From: a bacterium | GTDB lineage: Bacteria; RBG-13-61-14; DATKZS01 | Direction: 5' to 3' | DNA length: 64,000 bases | Assembly (NCBI GenBank): GCA_963674965.2 | Contig: CAXXFL010000004.1 | Location: 64,001 to 128,000 of the forward strand | Shown: piece after piece, positions 50,788 through 61,236 of the stretch | Layout of the letters: each line of letters begins with the position of its first letter | Position numbering within the stretch: the first letter of the stretch is position 1 | Program-made: the position numbers and the translations under genes | The notes under the pieces: generated by a model | What the model saw: only the letters and a program-made list of their open reading frames with translations | Told to the model about the DNA's origin: nothing | Databases searched by the model: none

Positions 50788-51419
50788 AATGGTAAAACCT
50801 CCTTCCATGATGACAAGAAGCGCTTCACCCGTCCATTGCTGTAATTGTCTGCCAGAATGTCTAGTTGCTCCGGCTCGGCGGCAGCCAGATGCTCCGGTTC
50901 AATACGCAGACTCATAGATGCCTCGTCCACACCAGTCCAGTTCAGTCGGTGGACATAGACATAATCAGCTAACGCCTTGACGGGAGAGGCCATGAAGAAA
51001 ACGTTCCCATATGGGTCAACACATCGCTCGACGCCTGCGTAAAAGGTTTGTTGTGGAACGCGCTTGTAGCTGAAAATCCCCAGCGGTGTGTTAAACTCTT
51101 TGGCGTTCCCGAAGCCGGCACAGGTATAGGCATAAACCGCCTCTGGAATCCAGCCATGATAACTCAGCGCCATTTCCAAACTGATGTAACTCGGCCCGTA
51201 AACCCGTTGGGAAAGCGCATAGGCGCTAACGGGATTTTTCTGATACCGGGGAGCCAGACAATACAACCCGCGGCGGATGCTCAGGATTTCTCCGCTCGCC
51301 ACTGCTCGTTTAACCAGTCCATGACGGCTGAACTCTGATCCGGCTACTGCTACCGACACTTCAGCTTGTGTAAAAACGCCTGTAGGAGTATGGAAGAATC
51401 GCTCTGTAAGCCTGTTCAT
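50784..51419 (-). CDS. AbiEi-like antitoxin
   Basis: RRGLY, PSYISLE.ALS.HG.IPE, A...KAL.D; ATGA coupling with the toxin. Confidence 0.88.
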   Translation of the reverse strand: MNRLTERFFHTPTGVFTQAEVSVAVAGSEFSRHGLVKRAVASGEILSIRRGLYCLAPRYQKNPVSAYALSQRVYGPSYISLEMALSYHGWIPEAVYAYTCAGFGNAKEFNTPLGIFSYKRVPQQTFYAGVERCVDPYGNVFFMASPVKALADYVYVHRLNWTGVDEASMSLRIEPEHLAAAEPEQLDILADNYSNGRVKRFLSSWKEVLPL

Positions 51420-51437
51420 TCTTGCCGGTCCTTTCTA

Positions 51438-51532
51438 GAAATAGTCACATCTTGACTACTTCCCTTAAATTGTAAGCTTTTTCGGCAAGAAGTCAATAGC
51501 TTTTTGAAATACTGTCATATTTTGACTATTTC
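51438..51532 (-). promoter_or_regulatory. AbiE promoter with two inverted-repeat operators
   Basis: GAAATAGTCA-N5-TGACTACTTC (51438-62) and GAAATActGTCA-N5-TGACTATTTC (51506-32) flank minus-strand TTGACT-N16-TACAAT. Confidence 0.7.
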
Positions 51533-51594
51533 TGTTAAATGTTGTTCGGTAGGTAGAAAGGCTGTGCCCAGCTAATACTTGAAAAACTTATGGT

Positions 51595-52790
51595 TCATCC
51601 AGGTAGGATAAAAGCGATCTCTTCCGTTGGTTGTATTCCAGATGCGTTTCCTCCACCATTTAACCCCCTAGAAGCTAAAGGAATTTCAACTTCCTCCGTT
51701 TCGCTATTGTCTTCCTCTTGCCCTCGTGTCAGAAAATCTTGGGAAGATTGCCCCACAATCTCGGAAAGGCGGGCATGGCTTGTCCGGGCATAGGTTTGGA
51801 GAGTAAGGCGGGGATCACTGTGACGGGCCAGGGTCATTGCTTCCTTGATTGTTACGTTCGGATTCTCGCAAACTTGACTGATGAATGTAACCCGTAAGGC
51901 GTGATAGTCCAATTTGCCCTCGCCGGGTTTGAACTTGGGAATCTTCGCCGCTTCAATGTCCACGTTTATATCGCGGCCTGTGTGAGAACTTACGTACAAG
52001 AGCGGATCACTCGGCACGTCACGGCGCTTTCTATCCTTACGAGACCCAAACCGTTTATAAATTTTCAGGGCCTCTCCCGTCTCCGCATAGGCCGCCAAGC
52101 GTTCGGCCAGGTCTCGGGGGATCGGGTGGACACAGGGCTTGCGGCTCTTTGTGGTCTCGGGTCGAAGCATTAGGACGGACTTTGCGACGTTAAGGTCCGA
52201 GACCCGGAGCATGCGAATCTCACGCGCCCTAAGACCGGTTCTCACGGCCACCTCATACATCAAACGCCGGTGCTCGGGCGCGGCCTCTAGGAGAGCGCTT
52301 AGCTCTTTCTGTGTAATCCGCCGCCGCTCTGATCCGGCCTTCGGGGCCGCGCTATACTTGGACAAGCTCAAGCGCCGGAGCGGGTCCGTGTCAAGATATC
52401 CTTTGCCGATGTTCCATGCAATGAAAGCCTTGAGCGCCGAGGCATAGGAGCGCAAAGTCTTGCTTGCCCTTTTCATGGCCTGTAATTCAGACAGGGCGTG
52501 CTAGGCTTGAGCGGTCAAATCCCCCTCAAGGTCTCCCATGGTTTCAAAATTAAGGCGCTCGGTCCACCACTTCAGATAAATCTCTTGAGTGTGAGCGTGC
52601 CAGTATGACCAGCCGTAACCATTGCGCCCGCTTCCAGGATTCGAGCCGTGATTAAAATATTCTTTAATACCCGACCCGCGACTTTATATTTTCCAAGCAT
52701 AATCGCGGGAGAGCGGCAATCCCCATTCTTGGTACCACTCGTCCTGCTCGCTATGCTCGCCCACATAGCAAAAGCTATTGATGGGTTACC
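51595..52790 (-). pseudogene. Tyrosine integrase with in-frame stops in the N-terminal part
   Basis: Catalytic R (TGLR..E), HALR, ARHS, Y intact in 51595-52476; same frame continues upstream across TAG 52501-03 and TAA 52684-86; 5' end approximate. Confidence 0.8.
51649..51659 (+). repeat. att-like core, copy 3
   Basis: TCCTCCACCAT overlapped by the integrase 3' end. Confidence 0.75.
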
Positions 52791-52999
52791 CGTTACGGCG
52801 TCTTAAATTGCGAAAAATATTACCATTGGAGACATATACGATACAATAATTTATTTCTCCCTTATTGATCATATGCCCATGTATATCCAGCGTCGCGGGT
52901 TGGCCCGTGAATTCTGGAAAATACATGGGCGGCCCGGCGGATTGAACCGGGGCGGCGGCTGGATTAAGATATAGTCCACTAAATCAATCTGGAGCCGTC

Positions 53000-54094
53000 A
53001 TGGAAAAGCGTTCTTTGTTCGAGAGATTTCCCCAGTTGGAGGGAAAAATACCGTGGGTCGGTCTGGGCACGTTGCCCACGCCGGTGGAGAAGATGGAGAA
53101 GCTGGGCGCCAAGCTCGGCCATCCCGGCCTGTGGGTGAAGCGTGACGACTTGAGCTCGGACAAGATGGGCGGCAACAAGGTCCGGGTCATGGAGTTCCTC
53201 CTGGCCAAGCTCAAGGCCGAGGGCAGGGAGGTGGCCATCTCGCCCGGCGCGCTGGGCTCGAACCAGATCATGGCCTCCGCCATCTACGGTAACCAGCTCG
53301 GGATCAAGATAATCGGCGTCTTCTTCAAGCAGTGCGACACGGACTACATGTGCAGACACATGCTTATCGACCAGTGCATGGGGGTCGAGTTCAACCACGT
53401 CGAGAACCCCTATTTCACTCCCTTCGCCATTATCTGGCATTACCTTCGCAATATCGACTTCAAAAGGATGAAGCTGCCCGGATACGTGCCCACCTTCGGC
53501 TCCTCCGCCTACTGCGCCCTGGGCTACGTGGACGCCATGTACGAGTTGAAAAAGCAGATCGAGGCGGGTGAGGTCCCCGAGCCGGACTACATCTTCGTCA
53601 CCGCCGGCACGGGCGGCACCATGTCGGGCATCGAGTTGGGGGCGCGGCTGAACGGCCTGAAAACCAAGGTGGTGGGCGTCCGCATAACCGACTGGATCGC
53701 CTGCAACGAAAGCCTGGTCGCCAATATCGTCAACCGGACCATCGGCCTTTTAAAGAAGTCGGGGGCTGATATCCCTTCCCTCAAATACTCGGGCAAGGAC
53801 ATTACCATGATCCACGAATTCTTCGGGGGCGAATACGCCAAGATAACCGACGAGGGAGTCCAGGCCAAAAACCTGGCCGCCGAGGTGGAGGGACTGACTC
53901 TGGATACGACCTATACGGCCAAGACCATGGCCGCCATGATAAAGTATTTGAAGGAAAACGACCTTAAGGATAAAAACGTTTTGTTCTGGCATACTTACAA
54001 CACACGGGACCTTACTCCCTTCCTGGACGGCAAGGCCTGCCCCGAGGGGCTTCCCAAACCCTTCCACGGATACTTCGAGGAGATTGGTGGATAA
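53000..54094 (+). CDS. D-cysteine desulfhydrase / ACC deaminase family PLP enzyme
   Basis: PTP, VKRDD....GGNK.R..EF, GTGGT, LD.TYT.K. Confidence 0.88.
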   Translation: MEKRSLFERFPQLEGKIPWVGLGTLPTPVEKMEKLGAKLGHPGLWVKRDDLSSDKMGGNKVRVMEFLLAKLKAEGREVAISPGALGSNQIMASAIYGNQLGIKIIGVFFKQCDTDYMCRHMLIDQCMGVEFNHVENPYFTPFAIIWHYLRNIDFKRMKLPGYVPTFGSSAYCALGYVDAMYELKKQIEAGEVPEPDYIFVTAGTGGTMSGIELGARLNGLKTKVVGVRITDWIACNESLVANIVNRTIGLLKKSGADIPSLKYSGKDITMIHEFFGGEYAKITDEGVQAKNLAAEVEGLTLDTTYTAKTMAAMIKYLKENDLKDKNVLFWHTYNTRDLTPFLDGKACPEGLPKPFHGYFEEIGG

Positions 54095-54291
54095 TACGGC
54101 AGGACCCGCCAAAATTTATCTGGCAATTTGCGATAATTACTTTATAATATATGGACAGGTCCATTCGGGGACATTCTCCCCGCCGGGCTAAGGCCTTAAA
54201 CGTTAATGCTCTGATAAACTTATTCATTCTTCTCTCCAAGCATCGTAACGGCTGATTATCTTATTCAAAAGACAATTTGAAAGGAGTCAAT

Positions 54292-56361
54292 ATGCGTCAA
54301 TTCTATCGCGAAAGACGGCGCGCTCTGGAGACGTTGGTTTTCGGGATCTTCATCGTGCTTGCCTGTTCACCGGCCCTGGGCCAGGGGACGACGGACGAGT
54401 TCGACGACTTCAGCGAGATCACCCTGGAGGAACTTCTGAACCAGAAGGTAGAGTCGGCCTCGAAGCACGAGCAGAACCTTCGGGAGTCGGCCAACGCCAT
54501 CACGGTGATAACGGCGGAGGATATAAAGCGGTCGGGGGCCAGGTCGGTTCCCGAGGCGCTCAAGATGGTCCCGGGCGTTTTCGTGGCCCAGGTCCACGGC
54601 AACAAGTGGATCGTCACCATGGGCGGATTTGTCAACGACGTATATCCAAACAAGCTCCTTGTCCTGGTTGACGGCGTGACCATTTACGATCCCATCGTGG
54701 CGGGCGTGAGATGGGAAAGCCTTACCTTCTCGATCGACGAGGTCGAGAAGATCGAGGTCATCAGGGGACCGGGAGGGGTGCTGTACGGCGCCAACGCGGT
54801 TGACGGCGTGATCAACATCTACACCAAGTCGGCGGGCAAAAACTCGGGCAGCTACGTGAACGTCAAGGGCGGGACCCAGGATTACCGCTCGGCCAACGCG
54901 GCGGCTACCCTTTCGTCGGACGAGGCCCTCCTGCGCTCGCGGCTGGCGGTGAGCTATACCGAGGACGAGGGACTTGGCATGAACCGGGGCCAGGAATACG
55001 ACGACGGCAAGGAGTATTATTCCGCGTCCCTTCGCAACGAGGTCAAGCTGGGCGGCGACGCGACCTTCCACCTTGACGGCCGCTTCGCCTCGGGCGTGCT
55101 CGACTACCCGGCCGAGGCATCCACGCCGGGTACCTACGACAACGAGATCACCGTCTTCCGGACGAGGCTCGAGCAGTTCTTCGACAACGGCCACCAGTAT
55201 TATATCCAGGCCTACTATCGCAGGCACTATATCCAGCAACAGGTCGCCGCCAACGACCTGGAGGAATACCTGGAAAACGCCACCACCGACGTCGAGTTCC
55301 ATCATTCCTTTCCCTTCGAGGCCATGGGCGATCACCGGTTTACCTGGGGCGGCGGATACAGGTGGGTCACGGTCAAGATGGAACTACTCGAGGACGGGGA
55401 ACGGGACAATACCATCGCCTCCGCCTTTATCAACGACGAATGGAGGCCGGTCGATAAAATCATAGTAAACGCCGGACTCAAGTACGAGCAAAACGGTTTC
55501 CTCGAGGACCCCACCTGGCACTGGAGAGGGGCCCTGATTTACATGCCCACCCCCGAGCACGGCTTCCGCGTAAGCGCGGCCAACGCCTACCGGTCGCCCA
55601 ACGCCTCGGACCTCTTCTTTAACGGAAGCTTCCCGATTCCGCCGGAAGCCGCCGCCCTGTTCCCGCCCGGGACCGAGCCCCCTCTTTTTACCATGGAAGG
55701 AAACGAGGACCTGGAGCCGGAAAAGATACTCTCCTACGAGGTCGGCTACCGCGGGGTCTGGTTCGAGCGGATCAACGTGGACGCCTCTTACGCCTACCGG
55801 GAGTATTCCGACCTCATATCCACCAGGATCACGGACCCGGGCTTCTACGTCATCATCCCGCCGTCCACCTCGGTCGGCCCCTTCGACTCGGTATATTCCT
55901 ATAACAACGAGGGCGAAGCCACCAGCCAGACGGCGGAGTTGGGCGTGGACGCCAGGATATCCAGGGAACTTCGGCTGTTGCTGAATTACGGATACAAGCG
56001 CCTCGACGTGGACAAAGAAAACGGGGCCAAAGAGATAGAAGAATACTCCCCCGAGAACTTCGGCAGGATCGGGCTGTCCTATACCCACGCGGCCGGTTTC
56101 ATGGCCGACGTCTCGGGTTCCTATTTCGACGAGTTCACCGTCCTTCAGAACGGCGTCACCCCTCACCTTATCGAGGACTACTGGAGGATCGACGCCAGAT
56201 TGGCCCAGAAAGTCAAGGTGGCCGGCGGCGAGATCGAGGTCGGGCTGGTGGGAGAAAACCTCGGCGAGGAATGGCATGAAGAGTACATGAGCACCATTGG
56301 CGGATACCCCTATCCGATCAGGACCTCCTATTACGGATACCTCGAGTACAGGGAGCAATAA
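54292..56361 (+). CDS. TonB-dependent receptor 1
   Basis: Signal peptide; LEELLN..VESASK, plug E.IEVIRGPG..LYGANAV.GVINI.TK. Confidence 0.92.
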   Translation: MRQFYRERRRALETLVFGIFIVLACSPALGQGTTDEFDDFSEITLEELLNQKVESASKHEQNLRESANAITVITAEDIKRSGARSVPEALKMVPGVFVAQVHGNKWIVTMGGFVNDVYPNKLLVLVDGVTIYDPIVAGVRWESLTFSIDEVEKIEVIRGPGGVLYGANAVDGVINIYTKSAGKNSGSYVNVKGGTQDYRSANAAATLSSDEALLRSRLAVSYTEDEGLGMNRGQEYDDGKEYYSASLRNEVKLGGDATFHLDGRFASGVLDYPAEASTPGTYDNEITVFRTRLEQFFDNGHQYYIQAYYRRHYIQQQVAANDLEEYLENATTDVEFHHSFPFEAMGDHRFTWGGGYRWVTVKMELLEDGERDNTIASAFINDEWRPVDKIIVNAGLKYEQNGFLEDPTWHWRGALIYMPTPEHGFRVSAANAYRSPNASDLFFNGSFPIPPEAAALFPPGTEPPLFTMEGNEDLEPEKILSYEVGYRGVWFERINVDASYAYREYSDLISTRITDPGFYVIIPPSTSVGPFDSVYSYNNEGEATSQTAELGVDARISRELRLLLNYGYKRLDVDKENGAKEIEEYSPENFGRIGLSYTHAAGFMADVSGSYFDEFTVLQNGVTPHLIEDYWRIDARLAQKVKVAGGEIEVGLVGENLGEEWHEEYMSTIGGYPYPIRTSYYGYLEYREQ

Positions 56362-56383
56362 ATAAGACAATAGAAATACTGGT

Positions 56384-56425
56384 AAAAACGGCGCCGGGCA
56401 TGACGGGCTCGGCGCCGTTTTTTTT
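56384..56425 (+). terminator. Intrinsic terminator
   Basis: AAAAACGGCGCCG...CGGCGCCGTTTTTTTT. Confidence 0.85.
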
Positions 56426-56690
56426 CTTCTCCAAACGTCCAAAGGAGATATCCGCCAGTTTAATAATAATCTAACTCGGTTTCTATTGACGCGAAAAGCT
56501 TCAAAATTTATCACTTTTTTATTGCGCTTTTTCAGATTACGTCTATATTCATTTTCAGGCGCTCTCAAGAGAGCTGATTTTACCTCTGGATGATGCCCGA
56601 ATCGCGAACGCTTTCCATAATGTCTTCTTAATGGATAAACGTCTATAAAAGTCAATAAGGGCACTGATTTTTTTCAAGAAAGGAGAAAGA

Positions 56691-58766
56691 ATGCGTAGGA
56701 TCTATCGGAACGGCACGCGGGCAATGGAGTATCTCGTTTTCGGTTTTCTTTTGGTCCTGTCCAGTTCACCGGCTATCGGCCGGGGTGAGGCCGATCAATT
56801 CGAGGACTTCAGCGAGATAACGCTGGAGGAGCTTCTAAACCGGAAAGTCGAGTCGGCCTCGAAGCACGAGCAAAACCTTTTCGAGTCGGCCAACGCCATC
56901 ACGGTGATAACGGCCGAGGACATCCGGCGGTCGGGGGCGACCTGTATTCCCGAGGCCCTGCGCATGGTCCCGGGCGTGTACGTGGCTCAGGTCAGCGGCA
57001 ACCAGTGGCTGGTGACCGTTGGCGGCTTCGTGCAGGACGCCTATCCCAACAAGCTTTTAGTGCTGGTTGACGGCGTGTCCGCCTATTCGCCCGTTTCCGG
57101 GGGGGTCAGATGGGAGGACATAAGCTTTTCCATCGAGGAGGTCGAGAAGATCGAGGTCATAAGGGGACCGGGAGGAGTGCTTTACGGCGCCAACGCGGTT
57201 GACGGCGTGATCAACATCTATACCAAGTCCCCCGGCAACACCTCCGGAGGCTACGTCAACGTCAAGGGCGGGACCCAGGATTACCGCTCGGCCAGCGCCG
57301 CCACGACCCTGGCCACGGACGACGACCTGCTCCGCACCAGGCTGGCGGTCAATTACCAGGAGCACCAGGGGCTGGGCATGAACCGGGGCCAGGAATACGA
57401 GGACGCCAACGCGGTGAACGCGGCCTCGGTTAGAAACCAGATCAAGCTGGAGGAGGGGGCCCTTCTGCACGTGAACGCGAATTTCAACTCCGGAGTCAAC
57501 GAGTACCCCTCGGAGACCTTTATTCCGGGGACCTACTATCATGAAGCTACAAATTTCACCACCAAGATCGAGCAATATTTCGACAACGGTCACCAGTACT
57601 ATCTGCAGGGAAGCTACTCGAGGTGCTATATCCAGGGCCTGTCCGAGGACGACGGATGGAAAGACTATTATGACACCATAAGCTACGATCTCGAGTTCCA
57701 GCATTCCTTTCCCTTTGACGCCCTCGGCTCTCACCGGTTCACCTGGGGCGGAGGACACGTATGGTCCCTGGCCAAGATAGATATGATCAAGGACGGAGAG
57801 CAGGACTTTACCGTTGCCTCGGCCTTTATCAACGACGAGTGGAAACCGGCCGATCAAGTATTAATCAACGCGGGACTCAAGTATGAGCGCAACAGCTTCC
57901 TTGACGACCCCACCCTGCACTGGAGAGGGGCCCTGCTTTATTTCCCCACGCCGGAACACGGCTTCAGGGTCAGCGTGGCCAACGCCTACAGGTCGCCCAG
58001 CGCCACCGACCTCTTCGCCGAGCGGTATGTGCCCTTGCCTCCCGAGGCGGCGGCCCTCTTCCCGCCGGGCACGGCGCCGAACATGGCCTCCTTGTTTGGG
58101 GACGAGGACCTGGACCCGGAGGAACTCATTTCCTACGAGGTCGGCTACCGCGGCGTCTGGTTCGAGAGGGTCAACGTGGACGCGTCCTACGCCTACCGGG
58201 AATACGACAACCTTATCGCCACCGTGATTTCCGACCCCGGCTTCTACGTCACCATCCCCCCCTCCACCCAGGTAGGGCCCTTCGACACCCAGTACCAGTA
58301 CTCGAACGATGGGAAGGCCACCAGCCAGACCATGGAACTGGGAATTGACGCCAGGATTACCAGGGAACTCCGGTTGCTGCTCAATTACGGATACGTGCAT
58401 CTCGACGTCGACGACTTCGAAAACGACGACGGAATTGAAAAATACTCCGCCGAGAACTTTGGAAGGATCGGACTTTCCTATACTCACGCCCGGGGCTTCA
58501 TGGCCGACGTCTCCGGGTGGTACTCCGACGAGGTCGAAGTTTATCGAAGGGGCCCCAATCCCATGCCCTACCTGTTTGACGACTATTGGAGAATCGACGC
58601 CAGGCTGGCCCAGAAAATCCAGTTGTCCGGCGGCGAGATAGAGTTCGGCGTGGTGGGTATGAACCTTGGCCAGGAATGGCACGAGGAGTACATGAGTTCG
58701 TTGGGGGAATACCCCTATCCGATAAGGACCTCCTACTACGGCTACCTCGAGTACAGGGAGGACTAG
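56691..58766 (+). CDS. TonB-dependent receptor 2
   Basis: Close paralog of receptor 1. Confidence 0.92.
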   Translation: MRRIYRNGTRAMEYLVFGFLLVLSSSPAIGRGEADQFEDFSEITLEELLNRKVESASKHEQNLFESANAITVITAEDIRRSGATCIPEALRMVPGVYVAQVSGNQWLVTVGGFVQDAYPNKLLVLVDGVSAYSPVSGGVRWEDISFSIEEVEKIEVIRGPGGVLYGANAVDGVINIYTKSPGNTSGGYVNVKGGTQDYRSASAATTLATDDDLLRTRLAVNYQEHQGLGMNRGQEYEDANAVNAASVRNQIKLEEGALLHVNANFNSGVNEYPSETFIPGTYYHEATNFTTKIEQYFDNGHQYYLQGSYSRCYIQGLSEDDGWKDYYDTISYDLEFQHSFPFDALGSHRFTWGGGHVWSLAKIDMIKDGEQDFTVASAFINDEWKPADQVLINAGLKYERNSFLDDPTLHWRGALLYFPTPEHGFRVSVANAYRSPSATDLFAERYVPLPPEAAALFPPGTAPNMASLFGDEDLDPEELISYEVGYRGVWFERVNVDASYAYREYDNLIATVISDPGFYVTIPPSTQVGPFDTQYQYSNDGKATSQTMELGIDARITRELRLLLNYGYVHLDVDDFENDDGIEKYSAENFGRIGLSYTHARGFMADVSGWYSDEVEVYRRGPNPMPYLFDDYWRIDARLAQKIQLSGGEIEFGVVGMNLGQEWHEEYMSSLGEYPYPIRTSYYGYLEYRED

Positions 58767-58795
58767 AGCGTAACGCGCCAAAAACGTCAATAAAT

Positions 58796-58840
58796 ACGGC
58801 GGCGTCGGAGACGTTTTGCTCCGGCGCCGCCGTTAATTTT
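58796..58840 (+). terminator. Intrinsic terminator-like hairpin
   Basis: ACGGCGGCGTCGGAG...CTCCGGCGCCGCCGT then TAATTTT. Confidence 0.75.
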
Positions 58841-59081
58841 ATCCGAGCATGAAAAGGCCGGCCCCGGCCATATCCAGAATAAATAACTCCAAAATTATTC
58901 CGCTTAATATGGCGGATTTGCAAATTCCATCTATACTAATCAATCAGGTGATCTCGGGTCGGCCGATAACGCCTCGAGACAATGCCCTGGCGGCGAACGC
59001 TTTTTTGCGGCGACCTTATTCCGATCAAGCGTCCATACAAACCGGCAAGGGCACTATTCTTTTTTCGCGAAAGGAGCAAAC

Positions 59082-61157
59082 ATGCGAGGGATCGATCACC
59101 GTAAAAGCCGGGCGATGGAGTTTCTCGTTCTCGGCTTGATTTTGGTCCTGTCCAGTTCCCCGGCGTTGGGCCAGGGCGGGGCCGAGGAATTCGACGACTT
59201 CAGCGAGATCACGCTGGAGGAGCTTTTAAACCGGAAAGTCGAGTCGGCCTCGAAGCACGAGCAGAGCCTTTTCGAGTCGGCCAACGCCATCACGGTGATA
59301 ACGGCCGAGGACATCCGGCGGTCGGGCGCTACCTGTATTCCCGAGGCCCTGCGCATGGTCCCGGGCGTGTACGTGGCTCAGCTTAGCGGCAACCAGTGGG
59401 TGGTGACCATGGGCGGATTCATCCAGGACGCCTACCCCAACAAGCTTTTAGTGCTGGTTGACGGCGTGACCGTTTATTCTCCCATCTCCGCGGGGGTCAG
59501 GTGGGAGAACCTGACGGTGCCCATCGACGAGGTCGAGAGGATCGAGGTCATAAGGGGGCCGGGAGGAGTGCTGTACGGAGCCAACGCGGTTGACGGCGTG
59601 ATCAACATCTATACCAAGTCCGCAAGTAAGACCGCCGGAAGCTACGTCAACGTGAAGGGCGGGAGCCAGGACTACCGTACGGCCAACGCCGCCGCCACCC
59701 TGGCGACCGACGACGACGTTCTCAAAACCCGGCTGGCGGTCAATTACCAGGAGCACCAGGGACTGGGCATGAACCGGGGACAGGAGTACGGCGACGGAGG
59801 CGAGAGCTACACGGCCTCGATAAGAAACGAGATCGACCTGTCCGAGGGCGCCGTCTTGCACCTGGACGGAAGGTTCGGCTCGGGCATTCTCGATTATCCC
59901 TCCGAAAGCTTTCTTCCCGGGACCTTCGATCATGAGGTGACCGTTTTCAGCTCGAAGCTCGAGCAACATTTCGACAACGGCCATCAGTACTACCTTCAGG
60001 GCTACTTTATAAGAAGCTATATTCAGAGCCAAACCGAGGATAACGCCTGGGAGGACTATCACGACACCAAGACCTACGACCTCGAGTTCCACCATTCCTT
60101 CCCCATCGAGGCCCTCGGCGCTCACAGGTTCACATGGGGCGGCGGATACAGGTGGGTCACGGTCAAGATCGACCTTATCAAGGACGGCGAGCAGGAACAG
60201 ACCATCGGCTCGGCCTTTATCAACGACGAGTGGAAACCGATCGATCAGGTCATTGTCAACGCCGGCCTCAAGTACGAACAGAACAGCTTTGTCGACGACC
60301 CCACCCTGCACTGGAGAGGGGCACTGCTTTACCTGCCCACGCCCGAACACGGCTTCAGGCTCAGCGTGGCCAACGCCTACAGGTCGCCCAACGCCTCCGA
60401 CCTTTATTTCGAGCGGCATTTCCCCATACCACCTGAGGCGGCGGCCCTCTTCCCTCCGGGCATGGCGCCTGACCTGGCTTCCCTTTACGGAAACGAGGAC
60501 CTGGACCCGGAGGAGGTACTATCCTACGAGGTCGGATACAGGGGCGTCTGGTTCGAGAGGGTCAACGTGGACGCGTCCTACGCCTAACGCGAATACACTA
60601 ACCTTATCGCCACCGTGATTACCGACCCCGGCTTCTACGTTACCATACCCCCCTCCACCCAGGTCGGGCCCTTCGACACCGAGTACCAGTACTCCAACGA
60701 CGGGGAAGCCACCAGCCAGACGGCCGAGCTGGGAATCGACGCCAGGATAACCAGGGAACTCCGGGTCCTGCTCAACTATGGATACGTTCATCTTGACGTG
60801 CAAAATTTCGAAAACGACGACGGCATCGAGAAATATTCACCCGAGCACTTCGGAAGGATCGGACTTTCCTATACACACGCCCAGGGCTTCATGGCCGACG
60901 TCTCCTGGTCCTATGTCGACGAGGTCGAGGTGTTTCGCAGGGGGGCCAATACCATGCCCTACCTGTTCGAGGACTACTGGAGGATCGACGCCCGCCTGGC
61001 CCAGAAAATCCAGTTGTCCGGCGGCGAGCTCGAGGTTGGAGTGGTGGGCCAGAACCTGGGCCAGGAATGGCACGAGGAGTACATGAGCTCGGTGGGGGAG
61101 TTCCCTTATCCGATCAGGACCTCCTACTACGGATACCTCGAGTACAGGGAAAAATAA
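59082..61157 (+). pseudogene. TonB-dependent receptor 3 with a single nonsense codon
   Basis: GCC TAA CGC at 60585-87 where both paralogs have GCC TAC CGG; frame continues to 61157. Confidence 0.88.
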
Positions 61158-61182
61158 GCCCGAGTAGTAACGCGAGAATATA

Positions 61183-61224
61183 AAAGCGGCGCCCGGGCCA
61201 ATATACCCGGCGCCGCTTTCTTTA
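61183..61224. terminator. Bidirectional terminator between convergent genes
   Basis: AAAGCGGCGCC...GGCGCCGCTTT. Confidence 0.75.
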
Positions 61225-61236
61225 TGACGATTTTCG

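Larger units (their letters stand above)
15090..52930. mobile_element. Composite genomic island at tRNA-Ala (tandem insertions; right border approximate)
   Basis: Starts at the tRNA 3' end; repeated att cores, serine and tyrosine recombinase remnants, RM fragments, TA pair, heterogeneous GC. Confidence 0.8.

Noticed and set aside
52875-52930. Integron attC site
   Set aside because: Lacks RYYYAAC/GTTRRRY ends, and the nearby integrase shows no IntI features I could recognise
54095-54291. Cobalamin riboswitch or sigma54 promoter upstream of the TonB receptors
   Set aside because: No B12-box recognised; TGGC..TTGC spacing is wrong for -24/-12
60585-60587. Programmed recoding of the receptor 3 stop
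   Set aside because: The codon is TAA at a Tyr position, not UGA/UAG, and no recoding signal is visible
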